Shown: piece after piece, positions 1 to 11,762 of the stretch
How the letters are laid out: each line of letters opens with the position of its first letter
Position numbering within the stretch: the first letter of the stretch is position 1
Origin: Mantamonas sphyraenae STR306
Lineage: Eukaryota; Protista; CRuMs
Direction of reading: 5' to 3'
Assembly: GCA_026936335.1 (NCBI GenBank)
Contig: JAPMXV010000045.1
Span: 434,001 to 498,000, forward strand
Length of the DNA stretch: 64,000 nucleotides
Notes under the pieces: model-generated
The model's database searches: none
Seen by the model: only the letters and a program-made list of their open reading frames with translations
What the model was told of the DNA's origin: nothing
Translations under genes and position numbers: made by a program

Positions 1-2936
1 CTGTTTGTCAAATCGTCCAGGAGCATTGCGGCGCTTGCGCGGAGATCGCTTTGACGGCGATCCTTTGCCGGGAGAAGAGGCAGCAGAGGATGACGTCGAG
101 GAACTCTTGCTTTCGTCCTCGGTGTCCAGGCCTTCGTTGGAAGGAGATGCGGTTGCGTTTGCGTTTGCGTTTGCAGGGGCGACTCGCTTTCGAGCTCCAT
201 ATCGATTTTGCGTTTTGCATTTGTGTGATCGTTGTTGTTGCTGGTGCTGTTGTTGGTTGTGTCTGTGTTGTCGTTGCTGTGAGGAGATTGAGAGAGTTCT
301 TGCTGCATGCGGATTGCGGACGGGCTGCTGCCCTGTCGCAGCATGTTGTCTGCGTCGAGCTCGAGGGATTGTCGGGAGCGGTCTGTGCGTGACCAACTGT
401 TGAGACTGGACATGCTCTCCATGGGGTCGACGTGGGTCGGCGATTCGCTGCGTAGAGAAGCAAGAACAGCGCTCGCATAGCGTTCACGGGGCGTGGAGGG
501 AGCCTTGGGTTTGCCAAGTTGCTCGAGCTGGATGCGGACGACAGTGGGGCCGGCGGGACTGACGGAAACCATGTTGTCGTCGATGATGGTGGAGGTCTTT
601 TTCGGGTTGACCGAGAACCAGTCGCTCTCGACGGGAGAGGCCGCTCCGCTGCTGTCGTAGCTGCTGTCCCGGGATGCTCGGCGCTTCATATCCTTGCTCC
701 ACTCGAGCAGGTTGGATGCGTGCTGACGCAGGTCCTCCTCTGACTTTGAGGAGGGCACCTCTGTTTTCCTGCGGCGCTTTGTGGCGGGCTCGGAGCCTGC
801 GGCGCGGGGCGGATATTTGCCGCCTGTGAGCATGGCTGACATGCCGGGGGAGGGCGTGTGCCTGCCGTGGGAATGTACGGAGGCAGAGGCGGCAGAGGAG
901 GAGGAGGTGGTGGTGGTGGATGAGAGGGTGTGGGCCGCGAGCGTGGGCGGCGTGGTAGTGTGCAGAGGAGTCGCTTGCGGAGGATGAAGAGGAGCCGGAA
1001 CTGCTTGCTGAGCCGGTGCTTGTGTTGAGGGCCGAGTGGGAGTGCAACCTGGGACCCTTGCCACCGGTGTGGTGGTGATTGTGATGGTGGCTGGAAGTTG
1101 ATGTGGAGTGATGGGATGGATGGTGACCATGGCCGTGGTGGCTGTTGTGTGAACTGTTGGAGCCGATGACAGAGACGGAATGTGTGGGTGTGGTTCGACC
1201 GGAGGAGTGAGAGCCGGTGTAGATGTTGTCGAGGTCGAGGTGTTGCTCCTCAAAGGCTGTGTCGGAATCAATGGAGCGAAGGGAGCGGCGGTAGCGTGCC
1301 ATGGAGCCACCGATGGCGCTGAGATCGAGAGGACCAATGTCTTCCTCGTCGTCGGAAGGTTCGCCGTCGTCCTCGTCGTCGAGGGAGTTGCGGCGGGAGT
1401 TGCCTGGGGTTGAGCGTGGGGTCAAGCTCGGGGTGAAGCTTGGGGTGATGATGCCGCCGACGCCTCCATGATACAATAAGTTGGACTGGGGCATGCCTGC
1501 CTGCGGGTGAGGCTGGTGGAGAGAGGAGGAGTGTGCAGAGGGGTGGTGGGAGGCTGAGTGTGCGGAGCGTGCGTAGTTCTGGCTGGTGGAGGTGTGTGTG
1601 ACCATGTGGCCACTGTGGCCACGGATGGCATCCATTTCGTCGCCTGATCCATCTGCAGGGAGTGGGGACAAGAGGGGTGGAGGTGGAGACGGGACGGGTC
1701 AGCAGGGATGCGCGGACTCTGGGCGAGGGCGAGCCATTTTGCAAAGGCCCACGGGCACGGACAAGGCGTGACAAGGGCAGATGGTACGGGGCTGCGGGCA
1801 AGCGTGCGTGGGACTCACATTGAAAAGAGCTGATTGCGTGAGGGTCAAAGGCAGGGCTGGCCACAAGGCCGCCGAGGGTGCCAGAGGGAATGAGGCCGTC
1901 CGAAAGCGTGCCCGTGTCCGGGCTTGGCGACGCCGAGTTTGCGAGGCGTTGCGTCATTGGTTCAGGTTGCTGTGTGTGCAGGGTTGAGTGATGTGTGGAA
2001 TGGGCCATGGTGTGAGCAGAGCAGGAGGGATGACGCATGCGGGTATGGGACGGGCTGGGATTTTTCTGGGCCAGTTTTTCCACGAGAGACGACGCGGGCG
2101 CGGGGAGCGAAGGGAGGAGGGACGGGAGTTTTTGGAGCAGGATGTGCGTGTGGAGCACTGGATGGACGGCCCATGCTACAGAGGGGCTATGGAAAACACA
2201 GATTGCATGGAGAGGGATGGGTGTGGTTGTGTGCGTGTAAAGGCAGGCGGTGTGGGAGGGCGACTTTGCTTACCTTTCGCTTTCGTTTGTTCTTGGGCGT
2301 TTCGCCCTTGGCGGCGCGCTTGCCCGAGCGCTTGGCACCACTTGCAGCCTTGCCGCTGCTCTTGCCAGACTTGGAGGCAGAAGAGGAGGCATTGCTTTTG
2401 CCGCTGGCCTTCTTCTTGGTGCTGCTCTTGCTCTGTTTGCGGGTGCTCTTGGCTTTCGAGCCGCCGTCCGTCCCGTCACCGTTGCCCTTTTGCTTGAAGG
2501 TCTTTGGGGTCACTCCCTTCTTAAGTGTGTACATGCCGTTGCCCAAGGCCTCAAAGTGGGACTTTTTCGAAGAGATGTCTCGACGGATGGCGCTGAGGAC
2601 GTTGAAGGAGGGCGTGGCGCCGCTGGTCTCCGTCAGAGCCCGTCGCTTGATTTCCTCGTAGATGTCTGTGTAGTGCATGGGTCTGTTCCCATTCTCGCTG
2701 AGCACAATGATGCTAGCTTCTTTGAACTTCCTGTGAGTGCCAGTGGGGGATAAGGTGCAAGGCCACAGTACGCTGGCGTGTCAGACGGGTCCGCGCGAAA
2801 CGTGGAAGCAGCCTAGAAGGGCCGGGCCGTGAACGAGGGATGGCCTTTGATGCGACTGGAGTGGGCAAGATGGCAAAGCGGTTTGTGGCGGGCGTGTCAA
2901 GGGCGGGAATGGGCAGGTATGTGTGTCACGTTACAT
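1..2936 (-). CDS. HARE-HTH (HB1/ASXL-type winged helix) domain protein with long low-complexity Ser/His-rich body; multi-exon, 3' end runs off window
   Basis: Exon 2730..2274 encodes KFKEASIIVLSENGNRPMHYTDIYEEIKRRALTETSGATPSFNVLSAIRRDISSKKSHFEALGNGMYTL, which resembles HARE-HTH, followed by a Lys-rich NLS-like tract. Acceptor CACTCACAG at 2731, donor GTAAG at 2273. The start appears to be AT|G split by intron 2731..2934. Downstream exons are approximate; a frame change near 975 leads into a frame (KRRRKTEVPSSKSEED...) that stays open to the window edge. Confidence 0.6.
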
Positions 2937-3117
2937 GGCGAGGCGGGGAGGGGGCACTTTTGCTGCCTGCGTAGGCGAATGGTGGGGTGGGGGAACAGGG
3001 TGCATGTGGCAGGGTTTGGGAGAAGCGGAGAGTGGGAAGGTGGGCAACACCAATGGTGAATGAGAGCTGGGTGAAGGAGAAGTGAAGGAGAAGTGGTGAC
3101 CGTTGTTGTTGGAGGCC

Positions 3118-3808
3118 TCACAGATCGTGGGGCCGCAGTCCAGCACGATCCAGGATCTCCCAAGAGGATCGGAACATCCTTGATGAGCCACTCTGCAAGG
3201 AGATTCTGTTGTTCGGCGTGGGAGAGGTCGCCGTGGGGCGAAGGAGGAGCAAGATGGGTGAGGGAGACGGCCATGGCGACAGAGACGTTGAGAGACTGCA
3301 CAAAGCCACTCATGGGGATGCGCACGTGTGTGCTGTGATCGAGAAGGAGCTTGGAGCATCCACGGGTCTCGTTGCCCATGGCCAGGAGGGTGACGGGCCG
3401 TTCTTTGTTGTTGTCGTCGTTGCGTGTGCTGCTGATTGGGGGAAGGGTCATGAGGTCGAGGGAAGAGTCGGAGAGTGCGGTTGCAAGTAGCCTGGCTTTG
3501 TCCAGGCGCTGTACAAAGTCGAGAAAGTCGCCTGTGGTGCGGTGGAAGCGAACGTCGAACCAGCGAAGTGAGCCCTTGGAGGCAGTGTCGGGCACAGCCT
3601 CGCGCCAGCGATGGATGACGTGGACATTGTGAATGCCAAATGCCTCACAGGTGCGTATGCAGGCAGAGACGTTGTGGATGTCCTGGAGACCCTCCAGGAC
3701 GACAGCCAGTCCTTTGCGGCGGCCTGCACAGACAGCCTGCATGCGCTGGAGGCGTGCAGGGGACACATGTGGTTGGAGAGTGTCGATGATACGTGTGGCT
3801 TGAGACAT
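3118..3808 (-). CDS. SpoU/TrmH-family (SPOUT) tRNA 2'-O-methyltransferase, intronless
   Basis: Motifs LAVVLEGLQDIHNVSACIRTCEAFG, LAMGNETRG and VRIPMSGFVQSLNVSVA are the SPOUT motifs 1-3. Likely start MSQATRII at 3808. A probable 1-nt frameshift at ~3171 gives the end ...SSWEILDRAGLRPHDL* (3118); the unshifted frame would run to 2897 and overlap the next gene. Confidence 0.85.
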
Positions 3809-3836
3809 GTGCGCTGGGGCGACCAAAGACAGCGCA

Positions 3837-4723
3837 ATGTCGACGTTGGTTTGCCGGCTGTGCCGCGCGCGCGTAGCATATGTGGAGGTGGAGCAGCACA
3901 TGCGGCAGAGCCACCATGTGGGGCAACGCTGTCCTTACTGCGACCAGCGCATGCGGGATGGGATGGCGACGCATCTGAGTGACGAGTGCGAGCTTGCGCA
4001 ATTTGCTTGCGCGGCGTGTGGCGCGGTGAAGGGACGGCGGCTGCTGAAGCTCCACTGGGAGCACTGCAGCGTCGGAGGCGTTTGTGGACAGTGTGGGGTG
4101 CTGGAGGACTCTGAACAGAGCGACAGTGACAACGGGGGACATGTGTGTGCGGAGGAGCGGACGTGCGGGTTTTGCCGAAAGACGTTTGAAGATGGTATTG
4201 TCGTGAGGGTGGAGAGGGAAGAGGCCATACACACGGATACAGGCTGACACGGCGAACAATGTGCGTATGGTATGCACACGCACGCACACACAAACAGATG
4301 AAGAATGTTTCCTGCACATGCAGCAGTGCGCAGAGATGCTGGTGAAGTGTGTGGGTGTGTGCGGAAAGGCGAGCGCAGCAGGAGACGACCACGCGTGCAG
4401 GTGCAGACATTGTCACGCGACCATGCAGTCGTCACAGCTTATGGAGCATATAGACGAATGCACCAAGCTGCCTGTGGAATGCAGCCAGTGCTCTCTGCGA
4501 TTTGCGCGTGACTTTATGGACGAGCACAAACGAGAACGATGTCGCTCGCGTCGTATCGAGTGTATGCGATGCGGAGAGACCATCACGTACGACCGCATCA
4601 TGCTGCACTCCTGCACGTGTGTGTTTTGTAACCGCAGGGGTGATTACCAGCACACAGTGTGCAGCAAGCGGCCCCCCGGGGAGAGTGCGGCAAACAAGCG
4701 CAACACAGGCGCCGCCCAGCTAG

Positions 4724-4758
<35 letters not shown>

Positions 4759-7608
4759 GGAGGGAATGAAGAGGAAGGAAACGAGGAGACGAGACTGCAG
4801 AGTGGAGCGAGGATCACGTTGGAGGACAGCATCCACTTGTTGGACGAGTACGCAGGCCAACTGTGCGACTACTGCGACGCGACGTTGCCGAAGGACGAGG
4901 GAGGCCTTGCACGTCACTTGAGCATGTGCATGATGTACTGCGACAAGTGCTGCACGTCGTTGGTGGACACGGGTCTGAGCAAAGCAGAGCACCTGGGCAG
5001 CGCGTGCCCTGCCGGAGTTACGGCGTGTTCACAGTGCTTCACGCACATGACGCGTGGCGAGTTGTGGGAGCACAAAGAGGTTTGCCCAAAGCGCAAGTTG
5101 GCGTGTCAATGGTGCCTGGAGGCGGTGGCGGCAGAGAGATTGGCAGAGCACGAAGAGGATTGTCCCAGTCGCTTCGTCTTCTGCTCACTGTGCAAGGAAA
5201 AGGTGAAGAACTTTGCGCTGCGGAATCACATGAGGCTGTACTGCGACATGCGGCCAATGAGTTGCCTGTACTGCGGAGAAAAGGTGCCGTACCATGCGCA
5301 GCTGCGGCACCAGGATGGGTGTACGTCGAATCCGAAGCACCCGTCGCACCTGGTGGAGTGTTCCAAGTGCGGACAGATGGTGGAGATGGGCGCACTGGCG
5401 ACACATCTGAGCGATACATGTGAGAGGCGCATGGTAAGGTGCCGACTGTGTACTCGCAACGTGCTTGTGGCGGACGAGGAGGAACACGTGGCGAACGTGT
5501 GTTTGCAGGCCAAAGTGGAGTGTGGACTGGGATGTGGCGTGCAATTGCCGCGTGGACGTATGTTTTACCACGAAGAGCACCAGTGCATGCACAGAGAGGT
5601 GGCATGCACGTATTGCAAGGAGGTGTTTGTCGCAAAGGAGTTGGACGACCATCTGCTGGGCTGCACACGGAGGGACATGGAGTGCATCCACTGCTATCGC
5701 AACTATCCTCGGGACGAATTGAAAGCGCACACCATGACGTGTGAACGCAGACCTGTGGACTGCCCCAACGAGCAGTGTGTGTATCGTGGCGAGCTGAGAA
5801 TGATGGCCACGCACCAGGAACAATGCCCCATGCGCCTGAAGGAGTGCAGGTACTGCTTCCAAGCAGTGCCTGCGTCGTTGATGCTGGATCACGAAGACAC
5901 AGAGTGTTCTGTGTGTCCGTACTGCAAGATCGAATGTGATCAGGGCTGTGGGGTGTTTGTGCAGCGAGGCAGCATGTCGATGCACAAGGACTTTCGCTGC
6001 CCAAACACACCCATGCGCTGCAGCCAGTGCGGATCGTCTGTGCAGCGGAACGGCATGGCCGCGCACCAGCGCTCGTGTACGGGCAAACCGGTGGAGACAG
6101 AGGCGGAGGAGGTGCAGGGTGAGAAGGCCACCCCGCAGGGCGAGGAAGAGGCAGCAGTTGTGACAGAGACAGACGCAGTGGCATCGAACAGCATTGGTGC
6201 GGACACCAGCAGTAGCAATAGCGTAGAAGTCATCAAATGCGGCGCTTGCCAGTATTTTGATGCAGTCAAGAGGTGCAAAAGTCATGCCATGGCGTTGTGC
6301 GACATGTGTATGGACGACGGAAACTGTGTCGGGCTGGGACATGTGCTGGAAGCCATTGAGGCGCCCAACCAAGGCCTGGAGCACGGTGAAGGAGAGCCAG
6401 CGGAGCAAGGAGGCGAAGGCGACGGCGGACTGGCTCATCGCGACGGATGCAACTTCACCTGTGCAGTGTGCTTCCGTCGTGAAGCGGTGTGCATGTGCAT
6501 GGGTTGCTATGGACGCATGATGTGCAGCGAGTGTGCAGCAAAAGACAAGGCAGGACATGTGCGGGACGCCATCTTTGAAGAGAGGCTGGGTCCGGCGGAC
6601 AAGAAGGGCAGCTACGAAACGGGAGAGCTGCTGTCGGTGCCAAGAACAACCGAACTGCTGGGTATGGAAGGAGTCAGTGTGTTTCAACGCATGCGAGGCA
6701 TTCAGGGGCGAAACAACTCTTGTTTCATGGACGCAACTCTGTTTGGGCTGTTTGCGTTCAACTCGGGGATGGACGATGCTTTCTTTGGCCACCACGCACA
6801 AGGGGAGTGGAACGCCAGGTTCCAGGATGTCTTGCGTACAGCGATTGTGAATCCGCTGCGGGAGCGGCTGTTTGTGTCGCGGGCGGATACGTATCGGTTC
6901 CGGATTGAACTGAATCGTGTCATGCCCGGGAACGATCCGGAAGGCGACTGCGAAGAGCGGGACGTGGATGAATTTCTGAATGTGGTGTTTGACAAGATGC
7001 AGGTGGAGGAGTTTGTGGAGATGTGCAACGAGGAGGGGCAGGGGACGCAAAAGGTGCACATTGTGGCGGTGTTCCTCGGGGAGGAAGATCGTGCGGCAAT
7101 GGCCTACGGGGAGCTACCAACGACGGGAGAGACGCTGGTGCGGCACATGAACGTCAGCGGAATGGTGTTTGCACGTGCGCCACGTGTGTTGATTGTGCAG
7201 ATGCCGCGGTATGGGACGCAGTACAAGACGTTTGATCAAGTCCTGCCGCAGCAACGGTTGGATTTGCACGCGCTGGGTCTTATGTACAGTGGAAGTGGGG
7301 AGAAGGAAGGGGAGGCGCAGTACGAGCTGTCGTGCGCGTTGACAATTGGCACAAGCCATTTTGTGGCGTATGCGGAAACGGAAGGACTGTGGACGTACGC
7401 AGACTCTATGTGTGACATGGAGGACCATCAGTGCATCCCCGAGGTGCAGCGTGTGGACGAGGTGGGTGCGCTGCTGGCGCTGCACGAGGGGGGAGCGGAG
7501 CGAAGCGAGGTGCAACAGTTTCTGGATGGCCAGGCACGGGACTCGCACGCACGAAGGATTTGTAAGGATTTGTTCTATGCTGTGTATGTGCGTGTGACAG
7601 ATGAGTGA
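3837..7608 (+). CDS. Poly-TRAF-type zinc finger + two B-box-like fingers + CYLD-type ubiquitin-specific protease
   Basis: Exons 3837..4194 and 4298..7608 (intron GTATTG...CAAACAG, phase 1). About 25 CxxC...H...C units. USP Cys box RGIQGRNNSCFMDATLFGLFAF, PRVLIVQMPRYG, His box ELSCALTIGTSHFVAY and WTYADSMCD match the CYLD subfamily motifs (KGIQGHYNSCYLDSTLF / ELFAVLCIETSHYVAF / WLFFDSMAD). Confidence 0.85.
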
Positions 7609-7640
7609 CAGATGCGTGAGCGCGTGGGTCGGGACAAGAA

Positions 7641-8876
7641 ATGAAGAAGCGAGTGGCGCCGCAACTGCACAGCGAAGCGGATGTGGAGTTGGCGGATGGA
7701 GAGGGTGAGGGAACGGTGGTGGATACACTGGATGAGCATGATGATGAGGAGACGAAACCTCGCATGTCGCCGTACGGGGCCATGAGCGAGGAGGAGTACG
7801 CACAGCTCCCTTTGGAGTTGCGCGCCATCGATGTGATCATGCGCGCGATGCTTGTGCAGCGAAGGGCTGGCGAAGGATATGCGAGCGCGTATGCGATGGC
7901 ATCAATCTGCGTGGTGACGACGTTTGCAGTGTTTGTCGCGGTGGCGCTGGCTGGATGTTTGCAAGGCGCCCCCTCGCTGGAAACGATGGTGGGCACACTG
8001 GAAGCTGTGGATTATCTTTTTTATGTATGCGTTCATCTGTACATGCTGTCTGTGGAACCCAACTGGCTGCTGCGAATTGTTGCGAAGGGCGAAAAGGTGG
8101 CGCCCGTTCGAAACGAACTTTGGTGGTTGCGCGTGCTGCACGTGGTTGCTGTGGCCATCATCGCGACGTACTGTTCGTTCATTTTTATTGGCATTGGAGC
8201 GTATGCGTCCAATGAACAGGTGCTGAGTCCAGTGCAAGCTCTGAGGGCCCAGGTGTGGATCGCAGCCGGCGTGCCGTGGCTCGGGGCAGTCCCGGAGGTG
8301 CTCCATCTGGGCATGACAATCAGCGCCGTGTACGGCATGTTGGTGGTCTACCTTGTGAGTGTGGTTGCGAAGCGATGCGTGGACGCCTGCATGCAGCAGA
8401 TCGACACGTGGGTGCGTTTGGACGCAGACGATCTGCTCGTGCTGAACGGGGAGCACGTGCGTGCGATGGAGCTGGTGGAGGAATTGAACAGGACCTGCGG
8501 GGTACTCACCGGCCTCCCGCTGTCCATCGCATTGGGCTTCATCGTGGTGGAGCTGATTGCCGTGACGCAATCGGGCCCAACATGGCAGTCTGTCCTCGGT
8601 CTCCTGCGCTTCGCGGCCATCATTCCGCTCCTGGTGCCATTGATGCGGCTGCACACAGCGAACCGCCTCCTGCGCGAAAAGATGGCGAAATGGAGTGGGA
8701 TTCGAGACGGTTGTGCGCAGGACGGCGCGGTGCAGGCCCAAGTGGTGCTGGATGGAATGCGTGGACGTTTGCAAGGGGTACGCTTGGTGGGCGTCACGGT
8801 GACGGCCAAGCTGATGGTGGAGCTGGTGAGCGTGACAGCGACTGCATTTCTGGTCCTCTCTGGTCGTCGCGGGTGA
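7641..8876 (+). CDS. Seven-transmembrane protein, gustatory-receptor-like (7TM ion channel superfamily) candidate
   Basis: 411 aa with seven hydrophobic segments and no signal peptide. EHVRAMELVEELNRTCG precedes TM5 (GR-like H..L....lN..fG). The split terminal helix GVRLVGVTVTAKLMVELVSVTATAFLVL ends at the C-terminus. Confidence 0.6.
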   Translation: MKKRVAPQLHSEADVELADGEGEGTVVDTLDEHDDEETKPRMSPYGAMSEEEYAQLPLELRAIDVIMRAMLVQRRAGEGYASAYAMASICVVTTFAVFVAVALAGCLQGAPSLETMVGTLEAVDYLFYVCVHLYMLSVEPNWLLRIVAKGEKVAPVRNELWWLRVLHVVAVAIIATYCSFIFIGIGAYASNEQVLSPVQALRAQVWIAAGVPWLGAVPEVLHLGMTISAVYGMLVVYLVSVVAKRCVDACMQQIDTWVRLDADDLLVLNGEHVRAMELVEELNRTCGVLTGLPLSIALGFIVVELIAVTQSGPTWQSVLGLLRFAAIIPLLVPLMRLHTANRLLREKMAKWSGIRDGCAQDGAVQAQVVLDGMRGRLQGVRLVGVTVTAKLMVELVSVTATAFLVLSGRRG

Positions 8877-8943
8877 ATGTCCTGTGTGTGTGTCTGGAGA
8901 GATGGAGGGATAGAGAGATCGAGAGAGACAGACAGAGAGGTGC

Positions 8944-9869
8944 TCAGCATGCGCAGCCGTCGCTGCTGTTGCTGGTGTCGTCGTCCTTGACCCGCGTGAG
9001 ATCGACTTCGCGTGCAGAGAGGTCCTTGACCTTTCCGTTTCCAGCATCGTCGTAGTAGTCCTTGGCGATGCGAGAAAACGCAAGGTCGATGCCGTCGCCG
9101 AGTTTGGCCGAGGTTTGAAAGACACGGCAACCGAGTTCGCGGGAAAGTTTGTCTACGTCGTGGCGTGGCACCACACGGTGCTCCTCCAGGTCACACTTGC
9201 ATTCGGCCAAATAGATTTTACAGTCGGGTTCCTCTGCCTTGACCTCGTCGATCCAAGTCTGTGCGTCGGCAAAGGAAGAGGCGCTGGTGATGTCGAAGCA
9301 CACCAGGGCGGCACCAGCAGAGCGGAAGTAGATGCGACTCATGGCTTTGTAGCGTTCGGATCCGGCCGTGTCCTGCAGGTGGGAGGAGAATGAGAACGTG
9401 ATCGGAGCACGGAGGGCGTCAACAAAGGGCGGAGAGCGGATAGAGTGGGGAGCACGGTTTTGTCGGGCGGGAAATCGACGTACCCAAACGCCCAGGGTGA
9501 CTGACGAGCCGGATGTGCGGACTTTCTTTGCACTGCGTGTGTGCGTGTGTGTGTGCAAGAGGTGGGAGGTGGGAGCGAGGGTGTATGAGGCGTAATTACG
9601 CGGTAATTGAGCGCGTGGTGTAAGAGTTTGTGCAGGACGGAATGGCGGCGAGTTGTGGCTGGAACAGAAGAAAGAGCGACGGGGGAGAACACAGGACAAC
9701 GGTAATAGTGATTTGGGGCACACAATACGACGACGTACCCAAAGGCGGCGCCGACGGTGGGGTTGTTGCTCTCGTCGTAGCGTCCGTGCAAAAAGCGTTC
9801 ACAAAGGCAAGTTTTGCCAGAGTTGGCAGCACCCAGCATGACGACCTTGACGTCCACCTGACTGGACAT
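8944..9869 (-). CDS. RAB24: Rab GTPase, Rab24-like
   Basis: Exons 9869..9739, 9532..9484 and 9372..8944 splice in frame to give VDVKVVMLGAANSGKT...TVGAAFGAKKV...[22 protein letters not shown] (Rab24 signature [14 protein letters not shown]). G5 motif QTSAK; C-terminal CAC prenylation motif. Confidence 0.85.
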
Positions 9870-9944
9870 GAGATCTCTGTACAACGGGGTGTGCGAGGTG
9901 TGGGCTGGTGTGGTTTGTGCTGGGCGCGGCGGAGCAGGCAAAAG

Positions 9945-11724
9945 ATGTCGCTGGGCAACAGCGTGCAACGAGGTGGCAGCATGGTCAGCGTGCTGATAGG
10001 AGAGGGGGACATCTGTGTGTTTGATTCGGAGAGTGTGGGAGAAAGAGAGGTGCAGCGGTTGGAGTACGAGGCGGACAACCGGCCGCAGGCACAAGGTTGG
10101 TCCGAAGACGGACGCGTGCTGGCCGTGGCATGCCGCTGGACGATACAGGTGCTGGCAAAGGGTGTAGAGGGCATTTTGAGCGAAGAGCATACTTGGCAAG
10201 TGAAGGAAGATGTCAAGGGGGTGGCCGTAGTCGGGGCAAACGAGGAGGAGACGTACTGTGTGTACGTAGCAGGAGCAAGTGGGGTCAAGGAGCACAGGGT
10301 GCAACTCGGCAAAGAAGTGACGACGACAAGTGTGCTGGACGGAGTCAGTGTGTGTTCACTGATGGTCGACCGGGACGGCGAAAGGTTGGTCATGGCGACT
10401 TTGGATGGTCACGTGGTGGTGTGTGCTTTGCAAGCGCACCAGCGCATGGCCTACTGCACAGTGGGCAAGGACAGGGTTGTAGACATGTGCATGGTGTGCA
10501 GCGGCGTGCTCCTGGTGGCCACTTGGGATGGTCGTGTGCACGTGGTCCAGGTGGAAGGCCACGTGGACTCGATCCAGGCCGTCACGAGTGTGTGGGGGGA
10601 CATTGAGGCGGGGGTGAAAGCAGATTACGAACGCAATGGCCCTCTCATGGCCCTTGTCGCACCAGGGGTGGTGATCTACACGAGGCCAAGCACAGGAGAG
10701 CTGATGTGCTTGGATCTGCAAAGAGGTGATCAGGAGCTGCTGAACGAGGCCGTGTGCGTCGTGGGACAGTATGAGGGCGATGCAAAGGGGTTGATGGTGA
10801 AACGAGAATCTGAAGGGACGGGCTGGATGGTGCACACGGTGGACTTGGAGGGCAAATGGACGCAATTGGCGGTGGCTGAAGTGGTGGTGCAGCGGGAACA
10901 AAGGCAATTTGCGGTGCTGCACGCAGATATGGTGGAAGGCTGTATGGCGTGCGTCCATGGATGCCAAATACGGTCAAGACACCTGTTTGGAGGAGCTGGA
11001 GCCGGAACACAGCTGTTGTGCTTGTGGGAGTGGGAACAGTGGCAGGTGGTGGAGGTGCCGTTTGTAGACGTGGATCGGGAAGAGGAGACAAGAGTGTGGA
11101 TCAGCAAGCATGGCGTGGTGGTGGCCATGTGCGGGGAGCCACAGGTGTTTGTGTTCAGCCGTGACACGGGCGAGTGGAACAGCGTGGAGCTGGATTGGGA
11201 CAGGGAGGCAGTGCACGCGGTGTGGACGGGCAGAGATGAGGAGAGACCAGAAGGCACCTTGCTTCTACTTCAGGACAATGGGTGTGTGGTGAGAGTGTGT
11301 GCAGATACTGGCGAGGTGAGTGAGGCCGAAACGGTGGAAGGACAGACACAGATGGTGTGGGATGGCTCGCAGGCACGGGCCGTGGAAGAGTCGTCGTGTG
11401 TGCTGGGTGCTGTAGGCACTCGAGTGTGGAGGCAGGGGAAGGAGTGTGCCATGGCACCAGTGTGCCCTGGCAGAGGTGCTGGAGGGGACAGTGGAGGTGT
11501 GCGTGAACGCGGAGGATGTACAGGAGAACGAGAGAGTGGTATGCGAGTGCAGGCTAGGGTTCGGAGAGACCACCAGCGGCTGGGTGGAAGAGTTGGTGCG
11601 TGTGTGTGGGCGGGAGGTGCGTATGGATGCAGGGGCGCTTGTGCTTCCGGCTGCGTTGAGCCGGGCCGACCTGCTTCGACGCATGCACGAGGCATTGGGA
11701 GTTCCCAATGTAAGAGAGGAATGA
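9945..11724 (+). CDS. WD40-like beta-propeller protein of unknown function
   Basis: Repeats such as WSEDGRVLAVAC, VDRDGERLVMATLDGHV and VLLVATWDGRV. A phase-0 intron 11316..11415 (GTGAGT...GCTGTAG) joins the long frame to the last exon ending at 11724, which removes the apparent overlap with COX17. Confidence 0.6.
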
Positions 11725-11762
11725 TACAGCATGAAACGACAGAATCCATTGGTGCAGTGCCC

